DNA of 64,000 nt from positions 64,001 through 128,000 of the IMG/VR virus record IMGVR_UViG_3300045974_000166; one strand, written 5' to 3'. Shown piece by piece: positions 58,384 through 64,000 of this stretch. The stretch is from a virus. The position numbers and the translations under genes were made by a program. The notes beneath the pieces are model-generated. The model searched no databases, was not told the origin of the DNA, and saw only the letters and a program-made list of their open reading frames with translations. Every line of letters begins with the position of its first letter. Position 1 is the stretch's first letter.

Positions 58384-58564
58384 AGAAGTAGTTGATGAAC
58401 TACCTTTTTATATTATTAAGAAGGTAATCTACATCTATGATACAGAACATTGCTTTATACTGCTTAGCAATCTGGCTCATACATTCATTGACGAATATGA
58501 AATTTCTTTCATTATAGATTCGCAAGGTATTGTGAATCCAAAGTCGATCAAAATAGTAAACTAA
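58361..58564 (+). CDS. Hypothetical small protein
   Basis: ORF overlaps the GIY-YIG end; an alternative-frame ORF 58400-58588 also exists. Confidence 0.4.
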   Translation: MKVVLKSKEVVDELPFYIIKKVIYIYDTEHCFILLSNLAHTFIDEYEISFIIDSQGIVNPKSIKIVN

Positions 58565-58594
58565 CGCGTGAGGTCGTTCCTCACACAAACTAAG

Positions 58595-59221
58595 ATGAAA
58601 CCTAACAAACTGCCTCCAAAGGCATCACAGAAGCCTTTTGCTTCTATTCTCAAAAGTAAAGCCTTTGATATTTTTAAGTATTCTACTTATGTTGTACTTG
58701 CATTAGCAATTTTGAGTGGAATGATATATCTTGATGTGCCTAAACAACCTGTGGTCGTGCAAAAATCTACTCAAGAAACTGAGATATTTCTTTTGAGCAA
58801 AACTGCCTCTATCATTGCCCGCGATGGCGCTATTCCTTTAGAATTGGCCAAGAAATATGCACTATGGATTTATGAGGCTGCAGCCAAGTACTCTCTTGAT
58901 CCTGTACTACTACTTTCTGTGATGTACACTGAGTCTGGTTTTAACTATAAAGCAGTTTCTGCCTCTGGTCCCATTGGACTATTCCAAATTGCAGCATCAC
59001 AGCATAAAGACAAAACCACTTATGTAGCTCTATTTGATCCACATAACAATATTATGGTTGGTGCACAGATCATCAGAGAATATGCAGATCGATCTAAAAA
59101 TATGGTAGAAACTTTGCTACGTTATAGCGGCACATTGGGTGAACCACCAGACTATGCTAATAAGGTCCTAAATACCAAAAAGCGGTACGACAATGAAATT
59201 ATGAAAGCGATGGCACTATGA
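58595..59221 (+). CDS. Membrane-anchored lytic transglycosylase (SLT domain)
   Basis: TM segment YVVLALAILSGMIYL; SLT motif LLLSVMYTESGF..GLFQI..NIMVGAQII..Y. Confidence 0.85.
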   Translation: MKPNKLPPKASQKPFASILKSKAFDIFKYSTYVVLALAILSGMIYLDVPKQPVVVQKSTQETEIFLLSKTASIIARDGAIPLELAKKYALWIYEAAAKYSLDPVLLLSVMYTESGFNYKAVSASGPIGLFQIAASQHKDKTTYVALFDPHNNIMVGAQIIREYADRSKNMVETLLRYSGTLGEPPDYANKVLNTKKRYDNEIMKAMAL

Positions 59222-59403
59222 ATTACACTCTAGAGGTAAAAGAAGCAGAAAACGGAGAACTGTATATTGAGTTTCCGTCTGAGATGATGGAAGCGCTTGG
59301 CTGGGCAGCAGGTGACACTTTGAATTTTGCCGTACAAGATGATGGTTCTATAATCATTAAAAATTGTACATGCAATTTTCTGCGTGATATAATTAAATCT
59401 TAG
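59218..59403 (+). CDS. AbrB/MazE/SpoVT-like small DNA-binding protein
   Basis: GELYIEFPSEMMEALGWAAGDTLNFAVQDDGSIIIK. Confidence 0.75.
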   Translation: MNYTLEVKEAENGELYIEFPSEMMEALGWAAGDTLNFAVQDDGSIIIKNCTCNFLRDIIKS

Positions 59404-59437
59404 ATGAAAACAGTTATTGAAATTTAAATCTTCAACC

Positions 59438-59445
59438 ATTAAATA
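59438..59445 (+). promoter_or_regulatory. Late promoter-like motif ATTAAATA upstream of the radical SAM gene
   Basis: Same octamer as found before structural genes; 20 nt before ATG 59466. Confidence 0.6.
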
Positions 59446-59465
59446 GATAAAAGAAAGTTACCAGC

Positions 59466-60527
59466 ATGATAGAAATCCCAAACGGTTTTAGTAGAGAACA
59501 AATTGCCGCGGCCATATCACCTCGGCATCTTCATTTAACACTATTGCCAACGGAGAAATGTAATTTTCGTTGTACATATTGTTATGAAACGTTCGAAAAT
59601 GGCCGGATGAGTGAAGACGTCGTACAAGGTGTAAAATCTTTAATTGAACATCGAGCTAAGGACGGCCTTGATCTATTATCAATATCGTGGTTCGGTGGGG
59701 AACCACTTTTAGCACCAACTGTTGTTTTAGATATTATTACACGCGTCAGAGAACTCAAGGAAAAATATAACTTTGCAGTCAAGGGTGGCTTTACCACAAA
59801 TGGTTACTTACTTACTAAACAACTAGCAACCGAGTTAATTCGACTAGATCAATGGTTTTTTCAAATATCACTTGATGGTTGGGAAACCACACATGATCAA
59901 ACTAGAGTATTGGTTAATGGTAACGGCACATTTGATACCATTTTTAAGAATTTAGTTGCAATGAAGGACATTAAACAAGATTTTAATGTGCAATTACGTC
60001 TTCATCAAACTACTCAAAATGAAGAATCTATGGAGAAGTTAGGGCGAGAATTATATAAAGTTTTTAATGGAGATGATAGATTTACGTATGATATTCAGGA
60101 CGTTCGTGACTTGGGCGGGGACAAAGGAAAGAATATTGAAAAGTTACCAAAAAATTATTTTGAAATTAGAAGAGATAAATTGATTGCCATACTTTTCCCA
60201 GAGAATTTAAGAAATTCTGTAGACAAACACCACGAAGAAATAAAGGGAAATCCAGTATCATATATTTGTTATGCATCAAAACCGAATCATTTTTTGATTA
60301 GGTCAACGGGAAGAATTGGTAAATGTACTGTTGCATTAGAGGATGAACGGAATGATATAGGCGAACTTCATATAGATGGATCAATGACATTCGATAACGA
60401 TTTGCTAATGCAATGGTCGAAGGGCTTTAATACATTTGATCAAAAGAATCTTGCGTGTCCAGCCTGGAAGGTTGAGATGCCAAAAACGAGCAAACGCATT
60501 ATTCCAATTGGCGTAGCTACAACCTAG
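59466..60527 (+). CDS. Radical SAM peptide maturase with SPASM/twitch-type C-terminus
   Basis: TEKCNFRCTYCYE (CxxxCxxC), WFGGEPLL, TTNGYLL, QISLDG; C-terminal CYA..GRIGKCTVAL..CPAW. Confidence 0.92.
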   Translation: MIEIPNGFSREQIAAAISPRHLHLTLLPTEKCNFRCTYCYETFENGRMSEDVVQGVKSLIEHRAKDGLDLLSISWFGGEPLLAPTVVLDIITRVRELKEKYNFAVKGGFTTNGYLLTKQLATELIRLDQWFFQISLDGWETTHDQTRVLVNGNGTFDTIFKNLVAMKDIKQDFNVQLRLHQTTQNEESMEKLGRELYKVFNGDDRFTYDIQDVRDLGGDKGKNIEKLPKNYFEIRRDKLIAILFPENLRNSVDKHHEEIKGNPVSYICYASKPNHFLIRSTGRIGKCTVALEDERNDIGELHIDGSMTFDNDLLMQWSKGFNTFDQKNLACPAWKVEMPKTSKRIIPIGVATT

Positions 60528-60533
60528 GTTGTA
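60518..60533. repeat. 16-bp perfect palindrome TACAACCTAGGTTGTA
   Basis: Read directly; centred on the rSAM stop codon. Confidence 0.8.
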
Positions 60534-60566
60534 ATAATTTAAATTGGCTTTTAAAGGAAAATAGAA

Positions 60567-60785
60567 ATGAAATTCTCAGTAAATAAATTCGGTAAAACTA
60601 TGTTGAATGACGAAATGCTTTCGTCGATTGAAGCTAATGTGTCATTGGCCACGGCCGGTGGCCAGACTACCACCAATTCTAAGAATTGCAGTAGTTCAAC
60701 AAATGAAGTGTGTAGAAACACCGGTGATTGTACTAACGCCAATAATACACTTGTTTGTACTGGCACCAAAGTACTCCCTCAGTAA
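60567..60785 (+). CDS. RiPP precursor peptide (double-Gly leader, Asn/Cys/Thr-rich core)
   Basis: Strong SD (AAGGAAAA); 32-aa leader ending ATAGG; 40-aa core with 4 Cys and 7 Asn. Confidence 0.85.
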   Translation: MKFSVNKFGKTMLNDEMLSSIEANVSLATAGGQTTTNSKNCSSSTNEVCRNTGDCTNANNTLVCTGTKVLPQ

Positions 60786-60816
60786 GTAGTAATTATTTAA
60801 AATAGTCTAGTTTAGA

Positions 60817-60844
60817 TTTTAGGGGAAACTAGTTTCCCCTAAAA
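60817..60844. repeat. 28-bp perfect palindrome TTTTAGGGGAAACTAGTTTCCCCTAAAA (hairpin/attenuator)
   Basis: Read directly; lies between the precursor and the exporter. Confidence 0.85.
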
Positions 60845-60852
60845 AGTATATT

Positions 60853-62976
60853 TTGAAATATAATTATGAGAACTTAATGTCTTTATCATTTGTCTTTGAT
60901 CATAAAAATAAATGGCCCAGTGTAAAAAGGCCATTCGTCCCATTACAAACAAATCAGGCAGAGTGTGGTGTAGTTGCCGCAACAGCACTTGCTTGGATGT
61001 ACGGTGTACGTGTTAGTTACTCTGCTCTTTTAAATGTTGCCGGTGGAGCAACTCGGGGTCTTACATTAAGTCAAGTAAGAAGTTTACTTCGTCGAACTGG
61101 ATTTCAATGTGAAGTATATACAAGTGATCCAGAAACAATAGCAAATCAGTCGGGTTGCTCAATAGTACTCAAAAAGACAGGACATTTTTTGACTTTGGGC
61201 CCGCTTACCAGATGGGGTACACGAGAAGTTTTTGACCCAGCATTCGGCTGGTCTAAAATTGGTGTGAAAGATCTTGCAGAAGCCATTGAACCATATTCAA
61301 TAGAAATACTGCCAATACAGTCGGGATGTAAACTTCCGTTGCACCCAAAATTCCCATGGAAGGAATTTTTGAAAGAAGTAATTAGTCAGCGAATGTTGAT
61401 TAAGACATTGCCGATTTTATTTGTTGCTCAATTAGTTGCCGTATTATTTCCTTTGCTATCTGCAAAGGCATTTGATTCTCAGTTCAATGCACCAACGCCT
61501 GGCCTACAATTAGCAGTATATATTGCTCTGGTAAGTGGCCTTGTTGGTACCGGAATTTCTTTAGTTGGTGGTTGGTTTAAATCTCAACTTAAAGCAGATT
61601 TGGTGGGTAGGTCAATCAATGACGCCGTCAAAAAAGTTTTTAATATAAAGTTATCATTTCTGAGAAATAAATCAACAAATTCGCTAATTGGACTAGTCAA
61701 TTCTGTGGAGACAATAACACAAGAGATTCTGAACATTGTATCCGACTCTGCGGTAACTCTTATATTAGCTTTAGCGGCCTTTGTGATGCTTATGAAGGCT
61801 TCACCGATAATAGGTTTAATGTCATTTGGTTTAATTTGCTTAAGATGGTTAATAGATGTTTCAACCTATAAACAAATGGAACGGCTGGGAGAAAAGCATT
61901 TTAAGAACAGTGTCAGAAGTAAGCTTATGGTTTCTGATATGCTCCGTGCTATTATCCCAATGAGAATTGGTGGTACACAGATGCAAGCAGCACAACTTAT
62001 AAATGTACAAACCAACCATCTGGTAGAATCAGAGTATGAACTCGACAAATACAAACAGAATATTAATTCCATAATAAGTGTTTTCACAGTCATTGATAGG
62101 TTGGTATTAATGTTGGTAGGTGCCGAACTTGTCCGTCAAAATCTCATAACGCTTGGAACACTAATTTCGTTGTCAATTTATCGTGAAATGGTAAATTCCG
62201 GGGTTGGAGCAATTTCCTCTCTCTATAGTTCGACACATATAGCAGCTGCATATTCTCTTTCTCTGGCTGATGTGTATAAAGAACAAGAGAACACAATAAT
62301 TATTCATAGATTACCCGAAGATGGAAGTCTTAAGATTGATAACATTGATCTTTCATATTCTGAGTTGTCTGAACCTGTTCTCGTTGGTTTATCTTTGGAT
62401 ATTAAAAGCGGAGAAAATGTAGTTATAACGGGCCCTAGTGGTGCCGGGAAATCAACACTTTTAAAAGCAATTGCTGGACAACTCATACCAACATGTGGCA
62501 CAATCAAATTTGGTGGTATTGAATCATCAGAAGACACAATACATTGCATTACGAAATATATTGGATTCGTAATGCAAGATGATAAATTGATCCCAGCCAC
62601 AGTTGGTGAAAATATTAGACTATATAGAAAAGTTGATGACTCTGATCTAATTACTGCAGCTAAAGCAGCTGAACTCCACGATTTTATAATGTCCCTTCCG
62701 ATGCGATATGAAACCCCGATTTCCGAAGATGAATCTTCGTTTTCTGGTGGTCAAAGACAGCGTATTCTGCTAGCAAGAGCTTTATATGGAAGTCCTCTTG
62801 CCTTGATTTTAGATGAAGCAACAAGCTTTTTAGATACTGAAACTGCACAAGCCGTCTCAAAAAATCTAAAATCTATGGGAATAACCCGCATACATTTTGC
62901 CCACAGAATGGAATCGATTGAAGCAGCTGACCGTGTTATTGACATTAGGACATGCTCGATGCCCACTCTTTATTAA
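60853..62976 (+). CDS. Peptidase C39-containing ABC transporter (PCAT); ATG 60877 is a likely alternative start
   Basis: QTNQAECG (C39 catalytic Cys), GHFLTL, TM domain, GPSGAGKST, FSGGQRQR, LILDEATS, FAHR. Confidence 0.93.
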   Translation: MKYNYENLMSLSFVFDHKNKWPSVKRPFVPLQTNQAECGVVAATALAWMYGVRVSYSALLNVAGGATRGLTLSQVRSLLRRTGFQCEVYTSDPETIANQSGCSIVLKKTGHFLTLGPLTRWGTREVFDPAFGWSKIGVKDLAEAIEPYSIEILPIQSGCKLPLHPKFPWKEFLKEVISQRMLIKTLPILFVAQLVAVLFPLLSAKAFDSQFNAPTPGLQLAVYIALVSGLVGTGISLVGGWFKSQLKADLVGRSINDAVKKVFNIKLSFLRNKSTNSLIGLVNSVETITQEILNIVSDSAVTLILALAAFVMLMKASPIIGLMSFGLICLRWLIDVSTYKQMERLGEKHFKNSVRSKLMVSDMLRAIIPMRIGGTQMQAAQLINVQTNHLVESEYELDKYKQNINSIISVFTVIDRLVLMLVGAELVRQNLITLGTLISLSIYREMVNSGVGAISSLYSSTHIAAAYSLSLADVYKEQENTIIIHRLPEDGSLKIDNIDLSYSELSEPVLVGLSLDIKSGENVVITGPSGAGKSTLLKAIAGQLIPTCGTIKFGGIESSEDTIHCITKYIGFVMQDDKLIPATVGENIRLYRKVDDSDLITAAKAAELHDFIMSLPMRYETPISEDESSFSGGQRQRILLARALYGSPLALILDEATSFLDTETAQAVSKNLKSMGITRIHFAHRMESIEAADRVIDIRTCSMPTLY

Positions 62977-62977
62977 A

Positions 62978-63006
62978 TTTACACATATTGTTTGATGTGA
63001 TATAAT
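62978..63006 (+). promoter_or_regulatory. Near-consensus sigma70 promoter TTTACA-17-TATAAT with extended -10 TG
   Basis: TTTACA 62978-83, TG 62998-99, TATAAT 63001-06. Confidence 0.8.
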
Positions 63007-63035
63007 GAACTATGTTCCAGAATACTAAATGTAAT

Positions 63036-64000
63036 ATGTTTAAAAAGACTTTGGTCAGTTTATCAAGTATTTTTTTCTTAAACAGCTTTTCACATGCACA
63101 GACAGATACGAACCAGCCCAAATCATTGGTGCTGCAACAATCTTCAGTGCCAAGCGACTGGGTTCACTCCTCAGAACTAGTGCCGTTGAATGCACTTCAC
63201 TCGGATCTCAAATATGAAATTGCTTCCGCGGCTTCATCAACAATTGTTCCAAGTAAGTACATAACCCGAGTCTCAACATTTCATGATCGCAATGCTTTGT
63301 ATGTTGAAATCAACGCGATAGACCCAACCCCAGATAAGATCATTGCTGCTAACGGAGTTCATGACACCGTAACAGTGGGTGATAAGGTTCAGTTATTTGT
63401 AGACCCATTGGGTACTGGTCGTAGGGCATATGTCTTTACTGTATCTGCCTCTGGTTCAACCGGTGATCAGATCATTAGTTCTGTTGGGGAAGCTTCCCCA
63501 AATTGGAATGGTCAATGGGAATCTAGTACAAAACGTACTAGTACCGGATATACGGTAAGGTATCGCATACCATTTCAAACAATAGAAGTTCAAGAAAACT
63601 CAAAAGACATAGCAATAAATGTTAATCGTTCCATAGGATATGGCCAGCGTGAAGTATTAAGTTGGGCTCCAGTTGACGTCCATCTTTCATGTGAGGTGTG
63701 TCAGTTTGAACATTTTAAACTTGATGATTTACAAGCACAAGAATCACAATTGCTATTGTCACCATATATTGTATCACGATATATTCAACAAACTGGTAAA
63801 AGTACTACTAAAGAAACTTACACAGGTTTAGATATGCAATGGTCAAAAAATGGGAACAAAATCATTGGAACAATTCGACCAGACTATTTGCAACTAGATT
63901 TTGATTCATTTCAAATTACAACCAATAGAAGATATGCAATTAATCTCACGGAAAATAGACCATTTTTCACACAAGACAGAGGCCCTTTTAACACAGAGAT
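63036..64000 (+). CDS. Secreted/outer-membrane protein (DUF5916-like: CBM9-type N-domain plus beta-barrel), 3'-truncated; not in the ORF track
   Basis: Hand translation is open to the window end: signal peptide MFKKTLVSLSSIFFLNSFSHA-, DKVQLFVDPLGTGRRAYVF, WNGQWES..YRIPF, RPDYLQLDFD..ENRPFF. Confidence 0.7.
   Translation, partial: MFKKTLVSLSSIFFLNSFSHAQTDTNQPKSLVLQQSSVPSDWVHSSELVPLNALHSDLKYEIASAASSTIVPSKYITRVSTFHDRNALYVEINAIDPTPDKIIAANGVHDTVTVGDKVQLFVDPLGTGRRAYVFTVSASGSTGDQIISSVGEASPNWNGQWESSTKRTSTGYTVRYRIPFQTIEVQENSKDIAINVNRSIGYGQREVLSWAPVDVHLSCEVCQFEHFKLDDLQAQESQLLLSPYIVSRYIQQTGKSTTKETYTGLDMQWSKNGNKIIGTIRPDYLQLDFDSFQITTNRRYAINLTENRPFFTQDRGPFNTE

Noticed and set aside
59218-59403. Toxin-antitoxin pair (MazE-like antitoxin)
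   Set aside because: No adjacent toxin-like ORF; its neighbours are the SLT and the rSAM genes.
60567-60785. Lanthipeptide precursor (Ser/Thr/Cys-rich core)
   Set aside because: No LanB/LanC/LanM gene in the window; the only adjacent maturase is a radical SAM enzyme.
652-62966. Numerous minus-strand and short alternative-frame ORFs in the ORF track
   Set aside because: They shadow well-supported + strand genes and lack motifs and RBSs. The exception is 26366-26557, kept as Rz1.
1-64000. tRNA/rRNA genes, integrase or transposase
   Set aside because: No cloverleaf-like intergenic sequence or recombinase motifs recognised by eye; tRNAscan-SE would be needed to exclude tRNAs formally.

Overview
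A 64-kb segment of a large, AT-rich T4-like (myovirus) phage genome; every gene I can support is on the + strand. The order is: baseplate genes (hub, gp5, gp25, gp6, gp7, gp8, a split DUF4815-type virion protein), two tail-fibre/adhesin cassettes, and neck genes gp13-gp15 interrupted by a lambda-style lysis cassette. Then come gp16, a ~10-kb block of putative capsid-internal proteins where gp17 normally sits, and gp18-19-20, gp21-22-23. The window continues with an RNAP omega homolog, gp3, uvsY, uvsW, primase and a class II ribonucleotide reductase. The main surprise is at the right end: an apparent RiPP cluster (radical SAM/SPASM enzyme, double-Gly Asn/Cys-rich precursor, C39-peptidase ABC exporter, signal-peptide outer-membrane-type protein), preceded by the same late-promoter motif as the structural genes. 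Other highlights are 'bead-on-string' polyproteins punctuated by gp21-type L/I-x-E sites, capsid-targeted ligase-like and nuclease-like proteins, and a Hint domain at the split of a virion protein. All family calls come from motif recognition by eye; no database searches were run.
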